Position numbers and translations under genes: made by a program. 64,000 nucleotides of DNA from an uncultured virus (IMG/VR IMGVR_UViG_2775507275_000005) (lineage: Duplodnaviria; Heunggongvirae; Uroviricota; Caudoviricetes): IMG/VR virus record IMGVR_UViG_2775507275_000005. One strand, 5' to 3'. This document shows positions 54,382-64,000 of the stretch, one piece after another; position 1 is the first letter of the stretch; each line of letters opens with the position of its first letter. The notes beneath the pieces were generated by a model, which worked only from the letters and a program-made list of their open reading frames with translations, did not search any database and was not told where the DNA came from.

Positions 54382-55803
54382 ATGGCAAGCCAAAACATCG
54401 CTTTCGATACGATCCCGTCGGGCATCCGCAAGCCGGGCAAGTACTTCGAATACAACACGAAACTCGCCGTGCGTACGCTGCCGGCGAACGACCAGACCGT
54501 GATCATCGTCGGGCAGCGTACCGCTGACGGCACTGTCCCGGCGCTGAAGCCGGTCGATGTGTTCTCCGGCGACCAGGCGGCGCTGTACTTCGGCGCAGGC
54601 TCGCTCGCGCACATCGCGGCCGTCGCGGCGATCACGGCGAACAAATACGTCAGCCTGACGGTCATCGCCGTCGACGACGCGCAGGCCGGCCAACCGGCCA
54701 AGGGATCGGTGGAGTTCAAGGGGCCAGCGACGGCCGATGGCGCGTTCGCGCTGATCATCGGCAACACCCGGGTCGACATCGCCGTGTACGCGACCGACAC
54801 GGAAACGGCGATTGCCACGCGTCTCGCGGCTCAGATCGCGCAGAAGACGGCGCTGCCGGTCACGGCGGATTCGGTCAACGGCAAGGTGACGTTGACGACG
54901 AAGAACAAGGGCGCGTTCGGCAATGACATGGTCCTGTCGCAGCTCAACCAGGCAGCCGGCGTCACGGCGACGATCACGGCGTTCACGGGCGGCCTGAACG
55001 ATCCCGACATCGCCCTGGCGCTCGCGGCCGTGTACGGCGCGAAGTACAACGTGTATGTGACGTGCTGGCCGACGAAGGAATCACTGACGAAGCTGCGCAC
55101 GCACCTGGACAGCATCTCGGGGCCGCTCGAACAGCGTCCGGCAGTGAGCGTCGCTGGCACGCCCGCGACGCTCGCCACCGCGACCACGCTGGCCGGCGAC
55201 CTCGACGCGGGCCGGATCACGATCGGCTGGCACCCGGGTTCGGTGTGCTTGCCGGCCGAGATCGCCGCCGCCTATGCGGCTGTCATTGCCAGCGAGACGG
55301 ACCCGGCGCGGCCGCTGAACACGCTCGCGCTGACCGGCCTCGACGTGACGCCGATCCCGTCGCAGCCCGGGCGCACCGAGCAGGAGAAGGCGCTGCACAA
55401 CGGCGTGACGCCGTTCGAGATCGGCCCGGGCAACGCTGTGCAGATCGTCCGGTCGATCACGACGTACACGAAAGATGCGCAGGGCATCGACGATCCAGCG
55501 CTGCTCGACATCACGACGATCCGCACGCTCGACTACGTTCGCAAAGCGTGTCAGCAGCGTATTGCGCTGCGGTTCCCGCGCGAGAAGCTGTCGGAGAAGA
55601 CGCCGCCGAAGGTGCGTAGCGAACTGCTCGACGTGCTCTACAAGCTGGAAGAGCTGGAAATCATCGAGAACGTCGACGCGAACAAGGACAAGCTGATCGT
55701 CGAGCGCGATCTGCAGGACGTCAACCAGCTCAATGCTGCGATCCCGTGCGACGTCGTGAACGGGTTGCACGTGTTCGCCGGCCGGATCGACCTGATCCTG
55801 TAA
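54382..55803 (+). CDS. Tail sheath protein (Mu gpL)
   Basis: IRKPGKYFE, FGAGS, DPARPLNTL, LHNGVTP, RSITTY. Confidence 0.95.
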   Translation: MASQNIAFDTIPSGIRKPGKYFEYNTKLAVRTLPANDQTVIIVGQRTADGTVPALKPVDVFSGDQAALYFGAGSLAHIAAVAAITANKYVSLTVIAVDDAQAGQPAKGSVEFKGPATADGAFALIIGNTRVDIAVYATDTETAIATRLAAQIAQKTALPVTADSVNGKVTLTTKNKGAFGNDMVLSQLNQAAGVTATITAFTGGLNDPDIALALAAVYGAKYNVYVTCWPTKESLTKLRTHLDSISGPLEQRPAVSVAGTPATLATATTLAGDLDAGRITIGWHPGSVCLPAEIAAAYAAVIASETDPARPLNTLALTGLDVTPIPSQPGRTEQEKALHNGVTPFEIGPGNAVQIVRSITTYTKDAQGIDDPALLDITTIRTLDYVRKACQQRIALRFPREKLSEKTPPKVRSELLDVLYKLEELEIIENVDANKDKLIVERDLQDVNQLNAAIPCDVVNGLHVFAGRIDLIL

Positions 55804-55832
55804 CACCCTTCGCAACACTATAGGAGCCAGCC

Positions 55833-56210
55833 ATGGCATTGGAAGAATACGTTGGCGCGATCGTGCTCGAGGTCGACGGCCAGGAGGCCGAGGTCGTGAG
55901 CGTGTCGCCAACGTCGAAGACCGGCAAGAAGCCGGTCAAGACGATGAATCGCACGGGCCGCGTCAAGGGCTTCGCGCGTGGCGTCGAGGAACACGAGCTG
56001 AAGGTGGCGGTCGTGATCCCACTCGACGGCGACGAGATCGACTGGTTCAACATGGAGGGCGGCAAGCTGACCATGTTTCCGGTATCACCCGGCGGCCAGC
56101 GCGTGAGCTATTACGACTGCGTCACGCTCGACATGGGCGATCAGTACAGCGTGGAAAACGAGGCGCGCCGCGACCTCACCATCTTCTCGACTCGACGGGT
56201 GACGGAATGA
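55833..56210 (+). CDS. Tail tube protein
   Basis: Position after the sheath; EYVGAIVLEVDG, VKTMN. Confidence 0.75.
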   Translation: MALEEYVGAIVLEVDGQEAEVVSVSPTSKTGKKPVKTMNRTGRVKGFARGVEEHELKVAVVIPLDGDEIDWFNMEGGKLTMFPVSPGGQRVSYYDCVTLDMGDQYSVENEARRDLTIFSTRRVTE

Positions 56211-56605
56211 GCATCATGACGGAAAAGGGTTCGCTGGACTACGGCATCGAATATCCGGCCGGCAGTGGCCAGTATCACTACGACTTCGAGCTGCGTCTCG
56301 CGACGGTCGACGACAACATCTCAGCCTATGAGCATCCGTCGATCCTCGGCGGCGGTGTGTCGAACATGCGCGTCAACGCGGCGATCATCTCGTCATGCCT
56401 GCTGTCGCTCGGCACTGTCCCGAAGGAAGAGATCACGCCGGAGCTGATCGGCACGGCGATCGACGTCGACTATGACCAGTTGTACGCCAAGCAGGAACTG
56501 CTCAAAAAAAAGCGAAAGGAAAGGAAACCCACCTTCGCAACTTCCGACTCGCCGTCCTCATCCTCGGACCCTGCGGGTTCAGCGAAGAGCGAGTCCGGAA
56601 CCTGA
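56207..56605 (+). CDS. Tail assembly chaperone
   Basis: Between tube and tape measure; slippery A-run at 56504-56512. Confidence 0.75.
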   Translation: MSIMTEKGSLDYGIEYPAGSGQYHYDFELRLATVDDNISAYEHPSILGGGVSNMRVNAAIISSCLLSLGTVPKEEITPELIGTAIDVDYDQLYAKQELLKKKRKERKPTFATSDSPSSSSDPAGSAKSESGT

Positions 56606-56733
56606 GCGAACCGGAGCTGGAGGGTTACCTGTCCGCGTTCGCCACGCTGCGCGGACAGGGTTCGAACGGTCGTCCCGGGAAGACCGGGCCGACCGTTAAA
56701 AGCATGCGGCGCAAACGCCGCAAGGGTAAATAG
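56504..56733 (+). other. Programmed -1 frameshift site and extension (gpGT-like)
   Basis: CTC AAA AAA AAG; the -1 frame stays open to TAG at 56731-56733, 2 nt before the tape measure ATG. Confidence 0.75.
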
Positions 56734-56735
56734 GA

Positions 56736-58988
56736 ATGTCTCGCGATCTCGCCGTCGGCATGACCATTCGGATGCGCGACCAGGTGTCCGCACCGGCGCA
56801 GCAATCCGAACGCAATGTCCAGCGCAGCGTGCGCCAGACGACGCAGACCTATACCGACGCGTCGCGCGTCGCCGTGTCGACGAGCCGGATGCTGTACAAC
56901 GTCCGCATGACGCAGAGCGCGCAGGCCGAGCAAGCCGTGCAACGCAATGTCGCGCAGACCGAGGCTGCGTATCAGCGCGCGAACCGTAACGTGCTGACCG
57001 GGTCGCAACGGCTCGCCAATGCCCGTCAGCAGCTCGACATTCGATCGGAACAGACGATCCGGCGCGAAATCGATCAGACGGTCGCGTCGTACAACCGACT
57101 CGCGCGGGCCGGCTTCTCGTCGTCGAACGAACAAGCTCGTGCATTCGCAGCCGTTCAGCGCAAGGTCGCTGAGCTGAACAAGGAACTTGGCAAGACGGTC
57201 GAACGCGAAAGCCTGCTGGCTCGCGGCTCGCATGGCATGCTGCGCGTCGGCGAAGGGATCGCGGGGGCCTATGCCGGAGCGCGTGTACTGTCCGGCCCGG
57301 TGGGCCAGGCAATGCGGTTCGATCAGCATCTGGCGATGATCGCGAACACCAGCTATCGCAACCTTGCACCGAAGGATCGCGTGAAGGCCACCGATGAGCT
57401 GCGAGCAGTTGTTTACGCGGCTGTTCAGGAGGGTGGCGGGACGCTCGACCAAGCGATGGAATCCCTCGAAAAACTGATGGCTCACGACGCGCTTGGACAC
57501 AAAGCCGCGTTCGAGCTTCTGCCGAAACTGCAGCGAGGTGCGCAAGCCGAGGGAGCCGACCCGGTCGACCTGGGCAACGTCGCGGTCAAGGCTGTGCAGA
57601 ACTTGCGCTTTGAAGAGCACGATACCGGGCGTGTTCTGGACATGGGGGCAGTTGCCAGCCACATGGGTGAATTCAAGTTCCCGGACCTGAGTCATTACCT
57701 TCCGGCGCAGATGGCGGCCGCAGGCAATGCGGGTTTCTCGGGCGCGCGCGGCTACGCGAAGATTCTGGCGCTGAACGAAACCGCGATGTCCACGGCCGGC
57801 ACCGCCGGTCAGGCCGGCACGAACGTGACCGACCTGCTCAACCAGATGTCGAGCCGGGAGCTGGCGCACGCGGCGAAACGCGCCGGCATCAAGGATTTCG
57901 AGGGCGTCAAAATGCGGACCCTGGCGCGCGGCGGCGACATGCTCGACGCGATAGAGGCGACGATCGAGACGATCTTCAAGAGCGACAAGAAGTACCAGGA
58001 AATCCAGCGCAAACTGAAAACCGCCAAACCGGGCGAGGACAAGGAATTGCTGACGGACATGGCGAACCTGCTGCAGGGTTCGGCGATCGGCAAGCTGTTC
58101 GGCAACCAGCAGTCCGTGATGGCGCTGACCGGCTACATCACGCAGAAGCACAAGCGGCAGGAGGTGTATGAAGCCGCCATGCACGAATGGGATCGCGGAG
58201 GCGGCACGATCGCAGGCGACTTCGACGTCGTGAAAGCGATGGACGGGTTCAAGGCGCAGCAGCTCAAGAACGAGGCCGAGATCGCGGAGATGGACGCCCT
58301 GCGCGGATTGAATCACCAGCTCGGCGACGCGGCGTCGAAGCTCGCGAACTATGCGAAGGAATACCCGGGCCTCGCGAAAGCAATTGCCGGCACCACGCTC
58401 GCATTCGAAGGGCTGACGGCCATCCTCCTGGGCGCGGGTCTGATGCGGTTTGTGACCGGCGGCCGCGCTGCCGGTGCCGTGGCGGCAGCCGATGCCGGGC
58501 TGGCGAGCGCAGGTGTCGCAGGCGCGGCCAGCGCGGCAGGATTCGGCGCACGGTTCGCAGGCATGGCGAAAGCCATCGGCACGCGTGGTGGCCCATTGCT
58601 GGCGATCGCAAGCGGCCTCGAGGCGTTTTCGATCGCGGGCGATCAGTCGAAGACGGCTGACGAGAAGAAAGCCGCTTACGTCGGTGTTGCCGGCGGTGCT
58701 GTTGGTGGTCTTGCCGGGATGGCTGCTGGTGCGGCGACCGGCGCGGCGCTTGGCTCGGTCGTTCCCGTCGCAGGCAACATCGTCGGCGCGGGCGTCGGGG
58801 CCGTCGCCGGATACTTCGGCCACGAATGGGGGGAGAAGCTCGGCAAAATGATCGGCGACGCGATCTTCGCGCAGAAGAAGGACGAGAAGCCGCCTGTTGT
58901 CGAGGGACACTTCACCATCAACCTCGATGGCCAGCACCTCTACGACTTCGTCACGATGGCTGGCCAAAAGGCGGCTCGGAGATTCTGA
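56736..58988 (+). CDS. Tape measure protein
   Basis: 750 aa, Ala-rich helical, GEFKFPDL..LP, Gly/Ala-rich C-terminus. Confidence 0.9.
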   Translation: MSRDLAVGMTIRMRDQVSAPAQQSERNVQRSVRQTTQTYTDASRVAVSTSRMLYNVRMTQSAQAEQAVQRNVAQTEAAYQRANRNVLTGSQRLANARQQLDIRSEQTIRREIDQTVASYNRLARAGFSSSNEQARAFAAVQRKVAELNKELGKTVERESLLARGSHGMLRVGEGIAGAYAGARVLSGPVGQAMRFDQHLAMIANTSYRNLAPKDRVKATDELRAVVYAAVQEGGGTLDQAMESLEKLMAHDALGHKAAFELLPKLQRGAQAEGADPVDLGNVAVKAVQNLRFEEHDTGRVLDMGAVASHMGEFKFPDLSHYLPAQMAAAGNAGFSGARGYAKILALNETAMSTAGTAGQAGTNVTDLLNQMSSRELAHAAKRAGIKDFEGVKMRTLARGGDMLDAIEATIETIFKSDKKYQEIQRKLKTAKPGEDKELLTDMANLLQGSAIGKLFGNQQSVMALTGYITQKHKRQEVYEAAMHEWDRGGGTIAGDFDVVKAMDGFKAQQLKNEAEIAEMDALRGLNHQLGDAASKLANYAKEYPGLAKAIAGTTLAFEGLTAILLGAGLMRFVTGGRAAGAVAAADAGLASAGVAGAASAAGFGARFAGMAKAIGTRGGPLLAIASGLEAFSIAGDQSKTADEKKAAYVGVAGGAVGGLAGMAAGAATGAALGSVVPVAGNIVGAGVGAVAGYFGHEWGEKLGKMIGDAIFAQKKDEKPPVVEGHFTINLDGQHLYDFVTMAGQKAARRF

Positions 58989-58989
58989 T

Positions 58990-60300
58990 ATGGCATGGAA
59001 AGATAGCCTGCTCGATGCTTCGTTTCGCGGCGTTCCGTTCGACGCGCAGCACACGGACGATACGATCGACCGCGATACCGCTGAATACGCGGTGCCGCAC
59101 GTCGACGGCGAAGACGTTGAAGATCTCGGCCTGAAGGCGCACACCACCAGTATTACCGCGATCTTCTTCGGCGACGATTACGAGGATCGGATGCAGGCGC
59201 TGCTCGGCGCACTCGCGATCAAGGGGCCGGGCGAACTGATCCATCCGGTGTTCGGGTCGATGCCAAGCATGCAGCTCATTGGCGCGCACGTGTCGCATGA
59301 TGCCGAGAACGTCGACGCGTGTGTGATCGAGATGCGGTTCAAGCGCTCGACGCCGGCCAATCCGTTCTTCATTGAGCAGCGGCCGACGCAAACCGCTGAC
59401 GCCGCCGCGCAGCTCGCGACCACCGCGCAGGATGCCGGCACCAGCATGTTCGAGCGAGCAGTCGGCCTGCTCAAGACGATGAAGGCTGGCCTGCGCCGAC
59501 TCAATGCTTTGCGCGATGTCCTGAGCGAGACGCTCGGTCCGATCACGGCGCTTGTCGTCGGCTTTCGACGTGCGACGGTCGATTATCTGTCCTGGCCGGG
59601 CGCGTTCGCGTCGGACCTGATCGGCCTGGTCAGCGGTATCGCGGATTTCCGTTCGTTCGATCCAGGACTCGTCATGTCTGACTGGAACGACATGCGCGAC
59701 CAGATGAAGACGGTCGTGAAGCTGCCTGCAGCGTCGGCCGCTGGCCAGCCGCTCGTCATTCCTGGCACGCAGGCCACGACGGCCGCACCCAGCAGCTCGA
59801 CCGACCCCGCCACGCCGTATGCGCCGGCACGTCCTAGCACCGTTGCCGCTGACGCATCGGACATCCAGCTCGTCACGGCCGTCACGGCGGTTGTCGTTGC
59901 CACGGTGACGGCCAGCGTTGCATCCGACATCCTGGCGAATGAGGCCGACACACCGACGCTGACGCCGGATCAGGTCGAGCAGATCGCGAACGATACGCGT
60001 GAATTGATCCAGGCCGCGATCGACGCCGTACGCGCGGCCGTGCCGGTCGAACAGGCTCGGCCCGTTATCGAGCCGTTAAAAGAGACGGCACTGTCGGTGC
60101 AGGAGCTGGCGATCAAGGTGATCGACGTCCTGCCGCCGATCATTTCGCGCACGGTTGATGCGCCGTCGAACCTCACGTTGCTGGCGCATCTCTGGTACGG
60201 AGACTATTTGCGCTCGACGGAGCTTCTTCGCCTGAATTCACAGATCCGCAATCCGAACTTCATTCAGCGAGGAGACATTGTCCGTGGCTTCGCCCAATAA
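58990..60300 (+). CDS. DNA circularization protein (Mu gpN)
   Basis: DASFRGVPF, EDLG, GELIHPVFG, LAHLWYGD..R..EL.RLN..I.NPNF. Confidence 0.92.
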   Translation: MAWKDSLLDASFRGVPFDAQHTDDTIDRDTAEYAVPHVDGEDVEDLGLKAHTTSITAIFFGDDYEDRMQALLGALAIKGPGELIHPVFGSMPSMQLIGAHVSHDAENVDACVIEMRFKRSTPANPFFIEQRPTQTADAAAQLATTAQDAGTSMFERAVGLLKTMKAGLRRLNALRDVLSETLGPITALVVGFRRATVDYLSWPGAFASDLIGLVSGIADFRSFDPGLVMSDWNDMRDQMKTVVKLPAASAAGQPLVIPGTQATTAAPSSSTDPATPYAPARPSTVAADASDIQLVTAVTAVVVATVTASVASDILANEADTPTLTPDQVEQIANDTRELIQAAIDAVRAAVPVEQARPVIEPLKETALSVQELAIKVIDVLPPIISRTVDAPSNLTLLAHLWYGDYLRSTELLRLNSQIRNPNFIQRGDIVRGFAQ

Positions 60301-61408
60301 CGATGTGACGCTGCTGATCGGTGGCAAGGCGCATAGTGCCTGGTCGTCGTATTCGATCGATTCCGATCTGCTGACGCCGGCCGACGCGTGGGACGTGCGC
60401 CTCACGCGCCCGGCCGGCAAGATGCCGGACACGGTCAAATCCGGCGCGCATGTCCAGGTGAAGGTCGGCGACGACACGGTGCTCGTCGGCTACGTCGACC
60501 AGGTGCGTCGCCGCACCAGCAAGACCGAGAAGACGCTGTCGATCAGCGGCCGGGACTATGCCGCGATCCTGCGCGACTGCTCGGCACCGATTTTCACGGC
60601 TAAACAGGTCACGTTAGCGGAGGTGGTCGCGAACATCGTTAAACCGCTCGGGATCAGGAAGATTCGTATCGACACGGCGCGCGCGCAGTCGACGTGGGAC
60701 AAGATCAGCGTCGACCCGGGTGACACGGCATGGGACGCGCTCGTTCACGCGGCCGAGGGTGAAGGTTTGTGGCCGTGGTTCGATCCGGACGGCACGCTCG
60801 TGGTCGGCGGGCCGGACTACAATGCCCCGCCCGTCGCGAGCCTGATCCTGCGCGAGGATGGTAAGGGCAACAACGTCGAGTGGTTCGACGAGGATTTGTC
60901 GATCGCCGAGCGACACTCGGAAGTCACGGTGCTCGGCCAGGCGCACGGCACCGGATCGAAGGCCGGCAAGCACGCCATCAAGGCGACCGTGAAAGACAAG
61001 GATGTGCCGGTGTACCGCCCCAAGATAGTCGTCGACCACGACGCGCCCAATCTGGCAGCGGCCGAAGCGCGTGCGCGCAAGATCATTTCCGACTCGGCAC
61101 TCGCCGCGCACACGCTGCGCGCGAGCGTCAAGGGACACCGAACCTCGGACGGCGTGCTGTGGAAGCCGGGCCAACGGGTGCACGTCGTATGGGAGGAATA
61201 CGGGATCGACGCCATCTACTTCCTGATGGCGCGTCGATTCACGGGTGGCCGTCCAGGCGGCACGCACACGACGCTGACCCTGAAGGAAGATGGCGTGTGG
61301 ATTCTCGACGCGCATCCGCATTCGGGCCGCAAGCATCGGAAGAAGAAACGCGGCGGACCATCGATCGAAGTCACGGACGCCACCATCGACGCGAGCATCA
61401 TGAAATGA
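60284..61408 (+). CDS. Baseplate hub (Mu gpP/gp44)
   Basis: WSSYSIDSDLLTPADAW, GRD..A.L.DCS, LWKPGQRV. Confidence 0.9.
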   Translation: MASPNNDVTLLIGGKAHSAWSSYSIDSDLLTPADAWDVRLTRPAGKMPDTVKSGAHVQVKVGDDTVLVGYVDQVRRRTSKTEKTLSISGRDYAAILRDCSAPIFTAKQVTLAEVVANIVKPLGIRKIRIDTARAQSTWDKISVDPGDTAWDALVHAAEGEGLWPWFDPDGTLVVGGPDYNAPPVASLILREDGKGNNVEWFDEDLSIAERHSEVTVLGQAHGTGSKAGKHAIKATVKDKDVPVYRPKIVVDHDAPNLAAAEARARKIISDSALAAHTLRASVKGHRTSDGVLWKPGQRVHVVWEEYGIDAIYFLMARRFTGGRPGGTHTTLTLKEDGVWILDAHPHSGRKHRKKKRGGPSIEVTDATIDASIMK

Positions 61409-62007
61409 TCAAGGACATCGACAAGCGCATCCAGCGTGCGGTTTCCGGCATTCGGCAAGCCTTCCGAGGAATGATCGGTGGCGTGCAGACAAACGGCCCG
61501 ACCGCGACCGTTCGCGGCGAAGGTCTCGCTGGCGAGAACATGGTCGACCTCGAACTATTCCAACACTACGGCTACACCAGTTCGCCGCCGGCCGGCACGA
61601 TGATGGTCGTGGTGCCGGTCGGCGGCAAGACGAGTCATGGAATCGTCATCGCGACCGAGCATGGTCAGTATCGGTTGAAGGCGTTGAAGGCTGGCGAGGT
61701 GGCGCTGTACACGGACGAAGGTGATTCCATCGTCCTCGCTCGCGGCCGCGTCATCGACATCAAGACGAAGACGCTGAACATCGAAGCCGAAGAATCGGTC
61801 AACTTCAAGACGCCGACCGTCAATATGGATCACGCGCTCAACGTGGCCGAGCAGATCACCGGCAAGGGCGGCATGTCGATGTCGGGTGGCGGCGGCGCGC
61901 GCATCGACAGCCTGAACGTCGACAAGGATGCCGTGATCAGCGGCAAGAGCTTCAACGGCCACAAGCATCCGGAAACGGGCAGCATCACGGGCACCCCTGT
62001 CGCCTGA
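61405..62007 (+). CDS. Baseplate spike (Mu gp45)
   Basis: FQHYGYTSSPP, GEVALY, C-terminal HKH. Confidence 0.9.
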   Translation: MIKDIDKRIQRAVSGIRQAFRGMIGGVQTNGPTATVRGEGLAGENMVDLELFQHYGYTSSPPAGTMMVVVPVGGKTSHGIVIATEHGQYRLKALKAGEVALYTDEGDSIVLARGRVIDIKTKTLNIEAEESVNFKTPTVNMDHALNVAEQITGKGGMSMSGGGGARIDSLNVDKDAVISGKSFNGHKHPETGSITGTPVA

Positions 62008-62022
62008 CATCAGCGGCACTCA

Positions 62023-62066
62023 CTGACCTCCATCATCTGAATTGTCCACGCGCGCGCGATCACAAT
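62023..62066 (+). promoter_or_regulatory. Late promoter upstream of gp46
   Basis: CTGACCTC, CACAAT starting 38 nt later, ATG 6 nt after that. Confidence 0.65.
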
Positions 62067-62072
62067 CGCGGC

Positions 62073-62423
62073 ATGGACGCACTTCTGAACCCGCAAACTG
62101 GCGGATATACCGGCACGCAAACGACGACGCTTGCGAATGCCGTGTATATCCGCCTTGCCACACCGCTCGGCTCCTGGTGGGCCGCGCTCGACGTCGGGTC
62201 GCTGCTGCACACGCTGGCGCGCGAGAAAGATACGCCCCGCGTGCGCCGTCTCGCCGTTCAATACGCCGAGCAAGCGCTCGCCCCGTTGGTCAAGGACGGC
62301 CGCGCGCGCAAGGTGTCGGTGTCGTCCGCATCCGCCGAAAAAGGCTGGCTCATTCTGTTCATCGAAGTGGTCGACGTCACGGGCGACGTGCGCCACTTCC
62401 AACATCCGGTCAAGGTGTCGTAA
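62073..62423 (+). CDS. Mu gp46 baseplate protein
   Basis: LANAVYIRL.TPLGSWW, GSLLH.L.REK, YAEQAL. Confidence 0.9.
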   Translation: MDALLNPQTGGYTGTQTTTLANAVYIRLATPLGSWWAALDVGSLLHTLAREKDTPRVRRLAVQYAEQALAPLVKDGRARKVSVSSASAEKGWLILFIEVVDVTGDVRHFQHPVKVS

Positions 62424-63490
62424 TGCCGGCAACCGTTCTGACTCTCGACCAGATCCGCGAAAACATTCTTCGCGAGATCAAGAATCAGCGCCCGGAAGCT
62501 GACGTCGGGCCGGATTCGGATCACTTCGTGCGCGCGAGCGGCACGGCCAGCGCGATCGAAGGTCTGTACGCGCATCAGGTCTGGACCGCCAAACAGATTT
62601 TTCCGGACACGGCCGACGAAGACAAACTCATTCTTCACGCGCGCCTGCGCGGCATCGAGCGCAAGCCGGCCGTCGTCGCGAGCGGCACCGCGCGCGCGAC
62701 GGGCAAGCCCGGCATCCAGGTCGCCAGCGGTTTGAGCGCGAAGTACCAGGACGGCACGGCTTATGTGACGACGAGCGGCGGCACGTTTGACGCGGCGGGC
62801 AATCTCGTCGTCAGTGTGGTGGCCGTCGACGCCGGTGTCGACGGAAACCGTCAGGATGGCGATGCGCTCACGCTCACCGTGCCGCCGGTCAACGTCGACG
62901 CGACGCTGGCGATCATCAGTCTTCGTGGCGGCACGGCAATCGAAACGCTCGACAGCTTGCTCGCACGTCTGCTGCAGCGCATTCGTCGTCCACCGGCCGG
63001 CGGCAACAAATACGATTACTGGCAATGGGCGATGGAGGTGGCCGGCGTAACGGCCGCGTTTGTCTATCCGTTGCGTCGGGGGCTCGGCACGGTCGACGTC
63101 GTTATCGTGACCGAAGATGGCCTACCTTCGGATGACGTATTAAAAGCCGTGCAGGCGCACATTGACGATCAGCGGCCGGTGCGGGCCAAGGATGCACGCG
63201 TTGTCGTGCCGTCGATCAAGCCCTACGACGTCACGGCGGCCGTCAAGCTGAACGGCATCACGCTCGACGCGGCTCAATCGGCTGTCGAATCCGGTCTCGC
63301 AGCCTATAACGCGATCGTGTCTCCTGGCGACATGGTCATTCGAAACCGCATCGGCGGCGTCATCAACGATACGCTTGGCATCGAAGACTATGTGCTTGAA
63401 AGCCCAACGGCCAATGTCGTCCCAGTGGTCGATGCGCAGGTGATCGAGTGGTGCCGGCTCGGCAAGGTGACGTTGAGGACGATGACATGA
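62423..63490 (+). CDS. Baseplate J-like (Mu gp47)
   Basis: QIFPDTAD, GG...E, PPAGGNKYDY..WA, GTVDV. Confidence 0.92.
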   Translation: MPATVLTLDQIRENILREIKNQRPEADVGPDSDHFVRASGTASAIEGLYAHQVWTAKQIFPDTADEDKLILHARLRGIERKPAVVASGTARATGKPGIQVASGLSAKYQDGTAYVTTSGGTFDAAGNLVVSVVAVDAGVDGNRQDGDALTLTVPPVNVDATLAIISLRGGTAIETLDSLLARLLQRIRRPPAGGNKYDYWQWAMEVAGVTAAFVYPLRRGLGTVDVVIVTEDGLPSDDVLKAVQAHIDDQRPVRAKDARVVVPSIKPYDVTAAVKLNGITLDAAQSAVESGLAAYNAIVSPGDMVIRNRIGGVINDTLGIEDYVLESPTANVVPVVDAQVIEWCRLGKVTLRTMT

Positions 63491-64000
63491 ACGAACACGC
63501 CGAACTGCTCGGGCGGCTTATTCCTGCCGTCTCATACGATCCGCGTGAGCCGCGTCTCGCGGCCGAGCTGACTGCCGAAGGAAAGGTGCTGGATCGCGCG
63601 CTCGCCGACGCCGAAACGATCGTGAACGGCATCACGCCGTTCTTTGCGCACCAGCTCTTGCCAGATTGGGAGCGTGTGTGTGGCATCACGCCGGCTGTGG
63701 ATGCGACGTTGCAACAGCGCATATCGACCGTCGTCGCCAAGGTCAATGAGACTGGCGGCATGTCAATTGCGTACTTCAAGCGACTGGCAAACGCTCTGGG
63801 CTACCGGATCGAAATCGTCGAGCTGGAGCCATTTCGCGTTGACGAAGGTGCGATCGGCGATGCGATCTGGATCGAGGACATCGTCTATCAATGGGGTGTA
63901 ACCGTTCACGGCTCGCCTTCACTGGAAATCTACTTCCGTGTTGACGAAAGCGCGGTTGGCGAGCCGCTGCTGACGTTTGCCGACCCGATTCTCGAATCCG
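63487..64000 (+). CDS. Mu gp48 (DUF2313), runs off the window
   Basis: LLPDWERVCG, GGMSIAYFKRLA..LGY.I.I. Confidence 0.88.
   Translation, partial: MNEHAELLGRLIPAVSYDPREPRLAAELTAEGKVLDRALADAETIVNGITPFFAHQLLPDWERVCGITPAVDATLQQRISTVVAKVNETGGMSIAYFKRLANALGYRIEIVELEPFRVDEGAIGDAIWIEDIVYQWGVTVHGSPSLEIYFRVDESAVGEPLLTFADPILES

Larger units (their letters stand above)
31158..64000 (+). mobile_element. Mu-like transposable prophage (contractile tail); right end lies beyond the window
   Basis: Starts with TGT at the int breakpoint; repressor/ner/A/B, mor, lysis, head and tail genes in Mu order. Confidence 0.95.

Noticed and set aside
56625..59147. 840-aa minus-strand ORF, and similar long antisense ORFs (8657-9967, 33324-34532, 44283-45539, 47751-48905)
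   Set aside because: Shadow frames of GC-rich genes with no motifs, opposite well-supported phage genes

Overview
GC-rich betaproteobacterial DNA, most likely Burkholderia (inferred from gene content resembling phiE125/phi1026b-type phages). It is built almost entirely from nested mobile elements. (1) 1-1832: an AT-richer, translationally coupled pair of a ParA-like ATPase and a RelA/SpoT small alarmone synthetase, lying outside a duplicated 3' half of tRNA-Arg(TCT) (att core, 1971-2015). (2) ~1971-31157: a defective lambdoid prophage. At least four internal deletions removed the head and most tail genes, the immunity region and parts of the early genes. It keeps its tail tip, a full lysis cassette, replication gene, two DNA methyltransferases and cargo: a PAAR/VRR-NUC/DUF3396 T6SS effector-immunity set, a LexA-boxed SRAP gene, a RelE/XRE toxin-antitoxin pair, a DUF262+HEPN pair and a PD-(D/E)XK nuclease. 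(3) 31158 to the window end: an apparently intact Mu-like transposable myophage inserted into the codon for the catalytic tyrosine of the lambdoid integrase. Best candidates for new biology: the ParA+alarmone synthetase pair; a C5 methyltransferase whose motif IX and four WPTP repeats sit in a fully overlapping second reading frame; a MuF protein with a putative C-terminal RNase domain, no immunity gene, and a downstream kissing-loop RNA candidate; and the DUF262+HEPN pair. All family calls come from motif recognition by eye; no searches were run.
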